A stretch of DNA of 64,000 nucleotides from Abditibacteriaceae bacterium (GCA_965277285.1 OZ255721.1:2240001-2304000); one strand, 5' to 3'; positions 38,876 to 48,803 are shown, numbered from the stretch's first letter. Translations and numbers: made by a program. The notes: generated by a model from the sequence alone, not told the origin.

Positions 38876-40216
38876 ATGCGACCTAATTCGATTCGCGCGC
38901 GCATGACGCTTGGCTTCGCATTTTTCATCGCGTTGTTGATGCTGCTGGTCTGTGCGGCGTTTTATTTTTACACGAAGCACGCCGACCGCAAGAGCGCCGA
39001 CATTTTGCTGTCGCAGGCCGCGCGCGAAGTTCGTCAAGATATGCAGGACGACGAAAACGACACCTCGCGCGAGCAAAACGCGAATCAAGTACCGGATGTG
39101 GTGAAGGAAACGAGCGACAATCCGCATTCGCACGACCTGGCGATAATCGTGGTGGACAAGCGCGGGCGCATCATCGCTCATACGCGCGAACCGTTTCCGA
39201 CCTGGCCATTGCGCGGCGACAGTTGGCGCGCGACAATTGTGCAAGGCCGCGCTTACGATGTCGTGCTGGCGTTTCCCTGGTACAAAAACGAGCGGGCTTT
39301 GCGCGAGCGAACGCTATTTCTATTGGCTCTAAGTGTTCTGGTGGTAGCCGCTTCGTCGGGCGGCGCGTGGGTTTTGGTGGGGCGCACGCTGTCGCCGATT
39401 GATGCGCTGGCGCGTCAAGCGCAGGCCGCTTCCGTCGAACATCTTTTCGTGCAATTGCAAGCGTCCTCGCCGGATGTCGAAATCGCGCGCCTGGTTTCGA
39501 CCTTGAACGATCTTTTGGCGCGCTGGAGTGAAACGGCGCAGTCGCGCGAGCGTTTTTATGCGGCTGCCGCGCACGAATTGCGCACGCCTTTACAAGCGTT
39601 GGGCGGACATTTGGAAGTCGCGTTGAGCCGTCCGCGCAACGCCGAAGAATATCAAAACGCTTTGCGCGAAAGCCATACACAAACCGAACGCTTGACTTCG
39701 CTGGTGCAAGATTTGTTGCTGCTCAATCAACTTGATGCGGACACGGCGCGGCCTTCTTGCGTATCGCTCGACCTGGCCGATGTATGCGAAAGCGAACTGC
39801 GACCTTTGCGAAATCTGGCGGAAGAACGCGCCTTGAAAATCGAACTCGATTTGCCTGAACATTGCGAAATCGAGGCGCCGTGGAATCATGTCACGATGCT
39901 GCTGCGCAATCTGTTGGAAAACGCCGTTAAATATGCGCCGCGCGGCGGAATTGTGCGCGTTCAACTTCAACAAACTACGCTGACCATTTGCAACGATTGC
40001 GCGTTCGAGAGCGAAATGGAAACCGAAAAATTGTTCGAGCCGTTCTTTCGCCCGGACGCGTCGCGCACTTCTTCAACTGGTGGCAACGGTTTGGGATTGG
40101 CGATTTGCCGCGCCATTTGCCAGAACAACCATTGGACAATTGATTTGCGAACCGAAGCGAAAACGCTCTGCGCCATCGTTGTTTTCACGTCGCGCCATGT
40201 TGGAAATGGACGTTGA
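38876..40216 (+). CDS. Membrane sensor histidine kinase
   Basis: Two TM helices, [25 protein letters not shown]. Confidence 0.93.
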   Translation: MRPNSIRARMTLGFAFFIALLMLLVCAAFYFYTKHADRKSADILLSQAAREVRQDMQDDENDTSREQNANQVPDVVKETSDNPHSHDLAIIVVDKRGRIIAHTREPFPTWPLRGDSWRATIVQGRAYDVVLAFPWYKNERALRERTLFLLALSVLVVAASSGGAWVLVGRTLSPIDALARQAQAASVEHLFVQLQASSPDVEIARLVSTLNDLLARWSETAQSRERFYAAAAHELRTPLQALGGHLEVALSRPRNAEEYQNALRESHTQTERLTSLVQDLLLLNQLDADTARPSCVSLDLADVCESELRPLRNLAEERALKIELDLPEHCEIEAPWNHVTMLLRNLLENAVKYAPRGGIVRVQLQQTTLTICNDCAFESEMETEKLFEPFFRPDASRTSSTGGNGLGLAICRAICQNNHWTIDLRTEAKTLCAIVVFTSRHVGNGR

Positions 40217-40455
40217 TTAAAGATGAAGATAAAGAATGTTCGACGGCCTTCTCGAGTACTCGATTCGCGGCGATGAATGGAATCTGGTGTCGTTTGACTG
40301 CGAGTGAACTCGCGGCTGGGCGTTGCTTTGCAACGCGGGTGCCCTTTGGGCGGATCGGTCTGTACCGACGCTTGATCTGGCGTCGCTGAAGAGCGACGCT
40401 GCCCGCGCAGCGGGTTGAGCCGCGACTTTAGTCGCTGGGCGAAGGTGATTTGTAA

Positions 40456-41676
40456 TTATTTGGCTTGTCGAAAGCGCGCATGCAAGTGAGCGCGCAATTG
40501 GCGTAGGCCGCGTTTGTAAACGAAGAACGGCAACTCCCATGGCGAGCGCAGGTGCCAGGCGTGTTGCAGATAAAGTGGCAAACCGAAGACTTTGCCGCGC
40601 CATCCGCGACTGATTTCGCGACGGCTGAACTGCACATAGCGCAAATAAAAACGCATCAGCGGATGGTGCGTCTGGTGCGAGGTCGTCCAGCCACGAAACT
40701 CAAGTTTTCGCGTTGGTGTCACCGGAATGCGCGCGACTTCTTCCAGGAAAGTTGCGGGAATCGGCGCCTCGAAAGTTGTCTTCAAATACTGCAAACCGGC
40801 TTGCACAGGCAAGTGCATTTGACGCTTGCGCGTTTGTTCGAGTACTCGATTCCAGTCGATTTGTTCGGGCGCCACGCGCAAGATCGTCATCGCATCGGCG
40901 ACCCAGCGCAAAGGCGCGTTTTCTTCCCAGCGAACGCCGTGTGACAGCGCCGTCAAAAGATGATCCGAAGCGCACAACGTTTTTGTCGTCACGCCATGAA
41001 TTTCTAAAGGTAGCGAGGCGTCCCAAAAATCGGTGTCGGGTTCGGTGTCGTGGTGCAGCAATCGTTTATGCAAATCGAACGATTGACCTTGCGCATTGCG
41101 AAATCCCTGGCCATGCAGATTTTCCAGGAAAACATCGGTCAACAGCGCGGGATCGGTTTCCACGTCAAATTTCCAGCCGTTTTCTAAAGCCCAATTGTAA
41201 GCGCGCTTCGCTTGATGCGACGGCACCAAAATATCGAAATCGTTCATCGGGCGCAGTGAAAAATTGCTGTAAAACTGCAACGTCAAGGCGGCGCCTTTGA
41301 AAACCAAAGTCGCTATGCCGCTTGCTTCCAGGTCGCGGATTAAGGTCGCGCCACGCGCCAGTAACATTTGGTTTTTGAACCACGTTTCGCGCGCCGCACG
41401 CACAAAAAACGCTTTGTCATCTTCGTTCAACGTCACGCCTTGACGCGCCAGACTGTGCGCCAGCAAAGGCAGCAAGCGGTGCGAAACGTGCTCGAGATGT
41501 TCGATTTCGACCGTACTGCGCCACGATTGCCAGGCGCTGCGAGCCGTTTCGCCGTCGCACAAAGCGGCCTGCAACAACTTTTCTTGAAGCAGCGACGGCC
41601 AGCAACCGCCGCCTTCATTGGTTGCTGTCATCGGCGGCTCAAACAAGGTTCGTGACTTCCGTGTGGATGACTTCAT
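40456..41676 (-). CDS. Nucleotidyltransferase family protein (NTP_transf_5-like)
   Basis: LVFKGAAL...LRPMNDFDILV...FDLH...LRWVADA signature. Confidence 0.88.
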   Translation of the reverse strand: MKSSTRKSRTLFEPPMTATNEGGGCWPSLLQEKLLQAALCDGETARSAWQSWRSTVEIEHLEHVSHRLLPLLAHSLARQGVTLNEDDKAFFVRAARETWFKNQMLLARGATLIRDLEASGIATLVFKGAALTLQFYSNFSLRPMNDFDILVPSHQAKRAYNWALENGWKFDVETDPALLTDVFLENLHGQGFRNAQGQSFDLHKRLLHHDTEPDTDFWDASLPLEIHGVTTKTLCASDHLLTALSHGVRWEENAPLRWVADAMTILRVAPEQIDWNRVLEQTRKRQMHLPVQAGLQYLKTTFEAPIPATFLEEVARIPVTPTRKLEFRGWTTSHQTHHPLMRFYLRYVQFSRREISRGWRGKVFGLPLYLQHAWHLRSPWELPFFVYKRGLRQLRAHLHARFRQAK

Positions 41677-41758
41677 GGCGAATAATTTCGTTCAGGACTT
41701 CATAAAAATCGTCTTTCGAGTACTCGAAATCGCTTTGCGATCTTGATATAGAATGACT

Positions 41759-42616
41759 TTAACGTCTTCTTTTGAGGTTGCGCCATTGATGGCGATAATA
41801 TCGCGCGAATTTGTGCGCCCAGTGACGCGGCGGTGGTGTTGGTGGCGGCAACATCGAAATGTAATTGACGAGCGATAATCCGGCGTCGATTTTAAGTATC
41901 GTTCCTGTGGTGTAATGCGAAAAATAATCGGACGCCAGATAGACCGCCGCGCGCCCGATGTATTGCGGATGTATTGCTGTCTTGTGCAGTGGCGTTGAAC
42001 TGTGGTGAACGAGCGATCCTACTTCATCGAGTTTAACGAAACCTGGAGCAATCCCATTGACGCGAATGTTGTGCGGCGCCAATTCCAAGGCCAGTTCGTT
42101 GATTATCATGCCGACGGCGGCTTTTGAACCGCTGTAAGCCGCGTCGCCGTTGTAAGACCATTGATGAATCGAGCTGAGAAACAAAATGCAGCCGCCTTGT
42201 CCGCGTGCGACCATCTCCTGGGAAACCCAGTCCGTCAAAGCCATCGGACCGATAACGTTTGTATCAAAAACAGAACGCCATTGTTCAAAACTCGAAGTTT
42301 CTTCTTCTTGCCGCGCGTCGATCTGGAACGAATCTCTTCCGACATTGTTGACCAAAACATCAATGGAAAGGTTGTCTTTGGTCAAAGCACGCTGCAACTT
42401 TTCGATGGACGCTGGCTTTGCCACATCGAGCGTCCAGCCGCGCGACGGAACGTTCATCGCAGTCAGTTCTGTTTGCAAGGCCGTGCAACACGCGGCGTCT
42501 TTATCGACAAAATAGATAGCCGCGCCCTGAGCTGCCATCTCCAAGGCGATGTGACGCCCGATGTTGGCGCCAACTCCGGTAATGAGAACACTTTTGCCGC
42601 TGAGTAGTTGTTCCAT
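41759..42616 (-). CDS. SDR-family oxidoreductase
   Basis: TGVGANIG, LVNNVG, YSGSK, NIRVNGIAPG. Confidence 0.92.
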   Translation of the reverse strand: MEQLLSGKSVLITGVGANIGRHIALEMAAQGAAIYFVDKDAACCTALQTELTAMNVPSRGWTLDVAKPASIEKLQRALTKDNLSIDVLVNNVGRDSFQIDARQEEETSSFEQWRSVFDTNVIGPMALTDWVSQEMVARGQGGCILFLSSIHQWSYNGDAAYSGSKAAVGMIINELALELAPHNIRVNGIAPGFVKLDEVGSLVHHSSTPLHKTAIHPQYIGRAAVYLASDYFSHYTTGTILKIDAGLSLVNYISMLPPPTPPPRHWAHKFARYYRHQWRNLKRRR

Positions 42617-42724
42617 GACAAATAAATCGTATCACAAACAACAGTTTATTCCGGCTCCGCTCGGGGTTCGAGTACTCGATGGGCCGTTCTGCCCTGACGA
42701 AAAATGTAAACTGCATGGTTCTCT

Positions 42725-43816
42725 ATGAAAGTTTTGGCCTGCAACGCGCCTTTCAATGAAGGCGGTATAGGAAAGTTCTTCGCCGATTTAGTAGAAGACG
42801 CGCGGCGCGATCAAACGCTCGACCATTATTTTTCGAGCGCGCCCAAAACGGGCGATGCGGCAGGTCGCGCGATTTCTCTGCAAGCCTGGCGACCTTTGTT
42901 TCGTGCGCCCTGGTTGCGCCACAATTTGGCCGGGCGCGAACTCCTGTCCGCCAATTTATTCGACCGCGCTGTAGTAAACCAATTGACGCGCGCGACGACT
43001 TTTGTCGGTTTCAGCGGACGCACATTGCGCTCTTTTCAACGCGCGCGAAAAATAGGTTACGATCAACTCGTGCTCGAATCGGCGACTTCGCACATCGCCA
43101 ATGTCAGAAAACGTCATCAACGGGCGCTGGAACAATTTCCTATCGAAGGCAGTTGGCTGGGAGACGCACAATTTCGCAAAACCCTGCGCGAATACGAAAT
43201 CGCCGACCGCATCGTCGTCACTTCCGAGTACTCGATGCAAAGTTTTCTCGAAGCGGGCGTCGATGCCGCGAAACTCGAACGTCGTTTTCAAAGCGTCGCT
43301 CCGCGTTTTGCGCCGCCTCCGCTTGCGTCATCTCCGCAAAACACGGCGTCTGAAAAGTTCACTGTGGTTTACGTCGGGCGCCTGGAAGCGACAAAGGGCG
43401 TGCCGCTTTTGCTGGAAGCGTTCGCGCATTTACCTTCCGACGCCGCTTTGATTCTGGTCGGCCATCCCGCGAGCGATGCGATGGAACAATTGATTAAGGA
43501 AAAGCAGGCGGCGGACGCGCGTATTTCGGTTGGTAGCGGCGATCCTTTACCGTTTTTGCATCGCGCCGATGTTTTCGTGCATCCCAGTTTTGAAGACGGC
43601 CTGGCGCTGGCGCCGCTCGAAGCGCTGGCGTGCGGCGTTCCCGTCATCGTCACCGAAGACACCGGAATGAAAGAGTTTGTGGTCGCGGGCGTCAACGGCG
43701 AAATTGTCCCGACGGGCGATGTCGACGCGTTGGTTGAAGCCTTGCGCGCGATGATGCAACGTCCGCGCAAAGGCACGTTCACGCCGTTTTCGTCAGCGTT
43801 GTTGTCACAGAATTGA
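42725..43816 (+). CDS. Glycosyltransferase family 4
   Basis: YVGRLEATKG, VHPSFEDGLALAPLEALACGVPVI. Confidence 0.92.
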   Translation: MKVLACNAPFNEGGIGKFFADLVEDARRDQTLDHYFSSAPKTGDAAGRAISLQAWRPLFRAPWLRHNLAGRELLSANLFDRAVVNQLTRATTFVGFSGRTLRSFQRARKIGYDQLVLESATSHIANVRKRHQRALEQFPIEGSWLGDAQFRKTLREYEIADRIVVTSEYSMQSFLEAGVDAAKLERRFQSVAPRFAPPPLASSPQNTASEKFTVVYVGRLEATKGVPLLLEAFAHLPSDAALILVGHPASDAMEQLIKEKQAADARISVGSGDPLPFLHRADVFVHPSFEDGLALAPLEALACGVPVIVTEDTGMKEFVVAGVNGEIVPTGDVDALVEALRAMMQRPRKGTFTPFSSALLSQN

Positions 43817-43823
43817 ATTTATC

Positions 43824-45272
43824 ATGCGTATTTTGTTTTGTATTCCGACGACGCAATTAAGCGGCGGCGTCAAGATTATTTTTGAGATCGCTCAGGGTTT
43901 GGCGGCGCGCGGCGACACCGTTCACGTTTTTTCGTATGCGGGCGCGCCAAAGTGGTTTCATCTGGGTGTTCCGCTGATCGAGGCCAAAGATTTCGGCGAA
44001 ATCGAGTACTCGAATTACGATTGGGTGGTCGCCTCCAACGCGTTTATGCTGCCGATGCTTTTGCCACATTTGAGCCGCACGAATGGCCGCACGCGCGGGC
44101 TTTTTTTCGCTTTGGATTACGAAAGTTTTCATCATTCTTCGACGCCGACATATGAAGGTTTCATGGAAAGATCGGCCACTTTCGACAAACTTTATCAGTT
44201 GCCAGTGCCGATTATCGCCGAATCGCGCGCCGTGCAAACGCTCATCAAAGAACTGGTTGACGTCACGTCATACGCGATTCCCGTCGGCCTGGACAAAAAG
44301 GTTTTCCATCCGCGACCGCGCACTTTATCGCCGACGCACAAGCGCATTCTGATGGTCGGCAATTACCTGATGCCATACAAAGGCATGAACGATGGCTTGG
44401 CGGCGTTGCGGCTGCTGGCGGAAAAATGGTCGGTGCAACTCGTTTTGATTTCGCAGGAATCGCGGCGGCGCGACATTTTTGCCGATTTGCCGTATCCTGT
44501 AGAAATCCATTTCCGCCCGACCGAAGACTTTGTGCCGCAAATCATGGCGACCTGCGATGCGTATGTTTGCACGTCGTGGTATGAAGGTCTGGGTTTACCA
44601 GCGCTGGAATCGTTTTGCGTTGGCTTACCGGTCGTTTCGACGCGCACTTACGGCGTCTCGGATTACGGCGTGGACGGCGAAAATTTGCTGCTCGCTAACC
44701 CTAACAACGCGCCGGATTTAGCAGAAAAATTAGACCGCTTGCTGAGTGATCGAGTACTCGTTGAACACTTGCGGCAGAACGGTTTCCAAACTGTCGAGAA
44801 CAATTACGAATGGCCGATTTCGATTGAGCTTTTCCGCCGCGCTTTGCAGGAAATTGGTCAGACTTACAAAGGTTGCGGACAAATTGACGAACGCGAAATG
44901 CAATCTTTGCTTGACGATTTGGAGCGCGAAGGCGATTTGACGCCCATCGAAGTGTTTCGCCAATTTCAAACCTGGGCTGCCGAACTGAAGGATTTGTGCG
45001 CGCAAATGCTGGAAAGCGGCGCGGCAAGTGAAACGCAATCACATCGAGTACTCGAATTGAGCGCGGCGTTTGCGCGTTACACACAAAACCCGCGCGCCGA
45101 ATATTACGATGCGTTCAAGACCAAAGTCGATTTATGCCGCTTAATTTTAGGTTTCAAAGACAACCCGAAGTTTGGTGAATACTTGCGCCTGGTTTTGTCG
45201 CGCGAACAAAAAAATGGAAACCCTTCTTCGCCTTCATTTTCTGAAATTCAATATCCAGTCGCAAAGCCTTGA
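43824..45272 (+). CDS. Glycosyltransferase family 4 with C-terminal helical extension
   Basis: SGGVKII, YKG, SWYEGLGLPALESFCVGLPVV. Confidence 0.9.
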   Translation: MRILFCIPTTQLSGGVKIIFEIAQGLAARGDTVHVFSYAGAPKWFHLGVPLIEAKDFGEIEYSNYDWVVASNAFMLPMLLPHLSRTNGRTRGLFFALDYESFHHSSTPTYEGFMERSATFDKLYQLPVPIIAESRAVQTLIKELVDVTSYAIPVGLDKKVFHPRPRTLSPTHKRILMVGNYLMPYKGMNDGLAALRLLAEKWSVQLVLISQESRRRDIFADLPYPVEIHFRPTEDFVPQIMATCDAYVCTSWYEGLGLPALESFCVGLPVVSTRTYGVSDYGVDGENLLLANPNNAPDLAEKLDRLLSDRVLVEHLRQNGFQTVENNYEWPISIELFRRALQEIGQTYKGCGQIDEREMQSLLDDLEREGDLTPIEVFRQFQTWAAELKDLCAQMLESGAASETQSHRVLELSAAFARYTQNPRAEYYDAFKTKVDLCRLILGFKDNPKFGEYLRLVLSREQKNGNPSSPSFSEIQYPVAKP

Positions 45273-46227
45273 CCTCGCGCCGTGGCTCGAAACGCTTTAC
45301 GCCGCCAATGATTTGACACGCGAATTTCCCGCTCAAAGCGCGTCGTTGTCGTTGCACGTCGAGCGCCGCGATGCAGCGTGCGCTTTCAAAATTGAGCCGC
45401 CACTCGACGCAGTTTTCGCGGAAACCAACCTTTGCACAGGCCGCTGTTATTACGGCGACGGCAAATTTTACTCGGCCAATAATGGCGCTTTCTGGCACCA
45501 AATGGAGTTTGAACCGACGCGTAATTGCATTCGTGCGAACCTGGGCGGCGAGTTTTTGCACAGCGGCCAATTCGTGATCTCCAACTTCATTCGTCCGTTA
45601 CTGCAAAGTTTCATCCTGCCGTTTTACAACCTGAAAACCCTGCACGGCGCGGTTCTGGCGCGCGGCGAACGCACGGTTTTTCTTGCGGGCGGCGCCGGAA
45701 TGGGAAAATCGACGACGACGTTGCAACTGATTCACGACGGCTGGGACGTTTTGTCGGACGATGGCCCGTTTTTCTTTTTGCAAGACGGGCAGGCGCGCGC
45801 TCTTTCGTCGCTCGATTATTTGCACGTCACAGAAAACACGCTGCAAATGTTCCCCGATTTTCGCGCGCACGTCGTTGGCGAACTCGATAGCCGCCAAAAG
45901 TTCGCGTTGCGCCGTCAGCCTTTGCAAAACGGCAGCGCCTGGAAAACGCCGCGCCAAATCACCGATTTTATCGAACTAAAGCGCGGCGATTTTCCAACGC
46001 TCCAATTGAAAGAAGGCGACCGCGCACAAGTTTTTCGCACCTTGTTTAACGAGACGATGATCGTTTTTCGCCGCACGCCGCTGGACGAAAACACGCTTTC
46101 GGCGCGCGATTACAGCCAGTTCATTTTTCAACTGGTAACCAGCGTGCTGCAACACGCGCGCGTGCATCGCCTGCAATACGCCAATCATCATCTTTCACAG
46201 ATTCCAGCGTTGCTGAACGCGCTGTGA
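45214..46227 (+). CDS. HPr-kinase-related P-loop kinase
   Basis: LHGAVLARGERTVFLAGGAGMGKSTT...VLSDD (His, Walker A, DD motif). Confidence 0.87.
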   Translation: METLLRLHFLKFNIQSQSLDLAPWLETLYAANDLTREFPAQSASLSLHVERRDAACAFKIEPPLDAVFAETNLCTGRCYYGDGKFYSANNGAFWHQMEFEPTRNCIRANLGGEFLHSGQFVISNFIRPLLQSFILPFYNLKTLHGAVLARGERTVFLAGGAGMGKSTTTLQLIHDGWDVLSDDGPFFFLQDGQARALSSLDYLHVTENTLQMFPDFRAHVVGELDSRQKFALRRQPLQNGSAWKTPRQITDFIELKRGDFPTLQLKEGDRAQVFRTLFNETMIVFRRTPLDENTLSARDYSQFIFQLVTSVLQHARVHRLQYANHHLSQIPALLNAL

Positions 46228-46260
46228 AAGTTCGTAGAGAAAGCAGGAGAAGTGTCCATT

Positions 46261-46340
46261 AAACTCGCAGTTTGTCATTCTGAGTGAAACGAAGAATCTA
46301 ACTTCAGCCAGATTCTTCACTGCGCTCAGAATGACAAACT
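46261..46340. repeat. GTCATTCTGAG-type REP-like palindrome (complete copy)
   Basis: AGTTTGTCATTCTGAGTGAAACGAAGAATCT...AGATTCTTCACTGCGCTCAGAATGACAAACT. Confidence 0.8.
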
Positions 46341-46428
46341 TGCATTTCTGCGTATTGTTTTCTACTTCTGAACACGTTTTAGAAGATCGAGTACTCGAAT
46401 ATCGCTGGAAAAGGAACGCGTAAAAGTC

Positions 46429-47625
46429 ATGGATGTGTCGCTGCCCACCGTCGATATTGTGATCGCTGGACGCAATGAAGCGCGTCATTTGGGCGAGTGC
46501 TTAGACGCCTTGCGCGCACAAGATTATCCCGCCGAAAAGCTGAACGTTTTCGTGGTTGATAATAATTCGACCGACGAGACTGCCGCCATTGCGCGCGAAA
46601 AAGGCGTCGTGCTTTTGCAGGAAACAACGCCGGGCGCTTCCGCCGCGCGCAATCTGGGCATCGAAAGTGGGCAGGGCGAACTGATCGGTTTTCTGGACGC
46701 GCATTGCATTCCCAACCGCGATTGGGTGCGCGCACTGGCCGAAGTTTTCGCGGACGCGCGCGTTGGTGGCGCGCAAGGCTCCATCGAAAGTCGCTCCGAT
46801 GATGCGCGCGTGCAACGTTATCTCGAACGGACACAGTTTCTGTCGAACGAACACGTTTTAGATGACACGATTCGCGGCAAAAAGAACCTTTACCCGTGGC
46901 TGCTGGCGGGCAATTCGATGTTTCGCCGCGAGGCTGTGATCGCAGCAGATGGCTTCAACGAAGGCTTGAAGGCGTGCGAAGACGTCGAGATTTCATGGCG
47001 CGTTTTTCTGCTGGGCTACGAGTTCCGATATGTGGAAGGCGCGCGCGTCGCGCATTACGACGGCAATTCGTGGCGCGAATTTCTGCGCAAAGGCCGGACT
47101 TACGCGCGCGGAGCCGCCGATTTAGCGCATATTTATCAAAGTCACGGTGCCAGCAGCAAGTTCGCACCCGCTCCGTTGTGGACGCAAAACTGGGAGCGTT
47201 CGCTGTCAGCCTGGCATTATCGCGTGGGTTACAACGTGAAAAACGCGCGCCTGCGTTTGGGTTGGGATAAAGCCTCGATGCGACCGCCGACCGAAGTTTT
47301 GCCGCGCTTTCGCCCTTGTTTTGAATGGACGCCAAACGAAGTGATGCAAATCGCGCCCGACACTTTTTTCTGGTTGCGCGATGTGGAAAAAAGCGCGCCG
47401 CACTCGGATGTTTCGGTTGTCGTGGTGCATATTCCAACTCGACAACGCGCCGTCCTCGAAGCCGCGAGCGCTTTCATCTGGCGGCGCCTGGTCGAAGGCA
47501 AAAACCGCGACACGTTGGCCGATGAAATGGCGGAACATTACCAGATAGCGACCTTAACGGCGCTTTGCGATATTGACGATTTCGTCGCTGAATTGGTCAG
47601 CTCGCAAATGCTGCGAAAGTGCTGA
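46429..47625 (+). CDS. GT2 glycosyltransferase fused to a C-terminal PqqD/RRE-like domain
   Basis: N-terminus IVIAGRNE, VVDNNSTD, ARNLG, FLDAH, CEDVE. C-terminus VVVVHIPTRQRAVLEAASAFIWRRLVEGKNRDTLADEMAEHYQI...DIDDFVAELVSSQML aligns by eye with the stand-alone PqqD. Confidence 0.85.
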   Translation: MDVSLPTVDIVIAGRNEARHLGECLDALRAQDYPAEKLNVFVVDNNSTDETAAIAREKGVVLLQETTPGASAARNLGIESGQGELIGFLDAHCIPNRDWVRALAEVFADARVGGAQGSIESRSDDARVQRYLERTQFLSNEHVLDDTIRGKKNLYPWLLAGNSMFRREAVIAADGFNEGLKACEDVEISWRVFLLGYEFRYVEGARVAHYDGNSWREFLRKGRTYARGAADLAHIYQSHGASSKFAPAPLWTQNWERSLSAWHYRVGYNVKNARLRLGWDKASMRPPTEVLPRFRPCFEWTPNEVMQIAPDTFFWLRDVEKSAPHSDVSVVVVHIPTRQRAVLEAASAFIWRRLVEGKNRDTLADEMAEHYQIATLTALCDIDDFVAELVSSQMLRKC

Positions 47626-47639
47626 AGAACAATCAAAAG

Positions 47640-47668
47640 AGCGCACGACTTTAAGTAAGTCGTGCGCT
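47640..47668. terminator. Hairpin between convergent genes
   Basis: AGCGCACGACTT-TAAGT-AAGTCGTGCGCT. Confidence 0.6.
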
Positions 47669-47688
47669 TGTTAGCGAGTCCGCTTGAA

Positions 47689-48216
47689 TCACCGATTGGA
47701 GTCTGAGATGGGAAAGTATTTGTTGAACAAGGCGAGCGTAGCTTCTATTTCGCAAGCATACGAATCTCTACTGAAATTACTGTCAATTCGGTATGACCAG
47801 CGACCGTTAGGACGCTCAAACACATCCAATACCTGATTGTTTATTTGAATGTGGAGCGCGCCCTTTGCGAATTTTTTCCAGAGATAACGCTTTGTAAACT
47901 TTTTACGCTGCCGCTTTAGCCATAGAGAACGTCGGGTTATCTGCCTTTTGGCACGAATGCGGAGTATTCTTTCACGGTCTTTTGCACCTACAGCATCATC
48001 GCTCATCCTGCCCGCACAAATACGACCAACGGCGAGTGAATTGGCGTAATTCTCATGCGCCATGACGTGAACGTAACGAATTCTTTCCGCGCCGCACATC
48101 TCACAAGTTTCATAATCTCTTTTTTTCGACGTTAAGCAGCCCTCTTCGACATCATAAGCAATAACGCAAGCCCAACCTTTACAAGGAACGCTCGGGTTAT
48201 CCCACAAATGACTCAT
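47689..48216 (-). CDS. Hypothetical protein, putative Zn-binding
   Basis: 175 aa; CEMCG...HVMAH...VGRIC; AT-richer than its neighbours. Confidence 0.7.
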   Translation of the reverse strand: MSHLWDNPSVPCKGWACVIAYDVEEGCLTSKKRDYETCEMCGAERIRYVHVMAHENYANSLAVGRICAGRMSDDAVGAKDRERILRIRAKRQITRRSLWLKRQRKKFTKRYLWKKFAKGALHIQINNQVLDVFERPNGRWSYRIDSNFSRDSYACEIEATLALFNKYFPISDSNR

Positions 48217-48265
48217 TTAACGTCCTTAAGAGCGCATAGCTCGTTTGCTTTATCCAAGGCCCTAT

Positions 48266-48460
48266 TCAAATCTCGCTGGGACCGTAAGGTTTGACTTGTT
48301 CGATTTGATCGTAGCGACGTAAAACCGGCTTTTGATAAACAGGTTTCGTGGAATTGCTTGATGTCACGGACGTGTCTTGTGGCCCATTCGGGGTTGCTGC
48401 GGTTGGTGCGTTTTGAGCTTGGCTTTGCGGCGTATCAGAAATGTTCTTCTTGAAAAACAT
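48266..48460 (-). CDS. 64-aa putative RiPP precursor / RRE-binding peptide
   Basis: MFFKKNISDTPQSQAQNAPTAATPNGPQDTSVTSSNSTKPVYQKPVLRRYDQIEQVKPYGPSEI. Starts 13 bp after the PqqD stop with RBS AAAGGT; contains YxxPxL. Confidence 0.75.
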   Translation of the reverse strand: MFFKKNISDTPQSQAQNAPTAATPNGPQDTSVTSSNSTKPVYQKPVLRRYDQIEQVKPYGPSEI

Positions 48461-48473
48461 GGTTGTTTTACCT

Positions 48474-48728
48474 TTATTGCCACAGTTTGGTGTGGCGGAG
48501 TTGGTCGAGAAGCTCGTCAATGTCGGCGCGTGCGGTGGCGGTATCGATCTCGTATTTGGTCGCGATTTGCGCTGCGATTTGGTCGAGCGATTGACCTTCG
48601 TGAAGCGCCTGCCAGACTTCAGTGGCAATCGGATTGAGGGAAAAATAATCGCCTGAGGAAACGTCTAAAATGACGGCTTCGCGGTCGAAGGTGTTCCACA
48701 CCAAGTTGGGATTGTTGTTTGCGTCCAT
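48474..48728 (-). CDS. Stand-alone PqqD-family / RiPP recognition element protein
   Basis: EAVILDVSSGDYFSLNPIATEVWQAL...IATKYEID...DIDELLDQL; RBS AAGGAG. Confidence 0.92.
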   Translation of the reverse strand: MDANNNPNLVWNTFDREAVILDVSSGDYFSLNPIATEVWQALHEGQSLDQIAAQIATKYEIDTATARADIDELLDQLRHTKLWQ

Positions 48729-48803
48729 AAAAACTTCGTGGTCTCCTTCCTTTGAGTAAATCAGATTCAGAAGAAATTTGCGGCGCTTTCGAGTACTCGA
48801 ATC

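Noticed and set aside
48266..48728. Canonical lasso peptide or PQQ biosynthesis cluster
   Set aside because: No cyclase, B2 protease, radical SAM or pqqBCE genes in the window. The peptide has neither a lasso core nor ExxxY.
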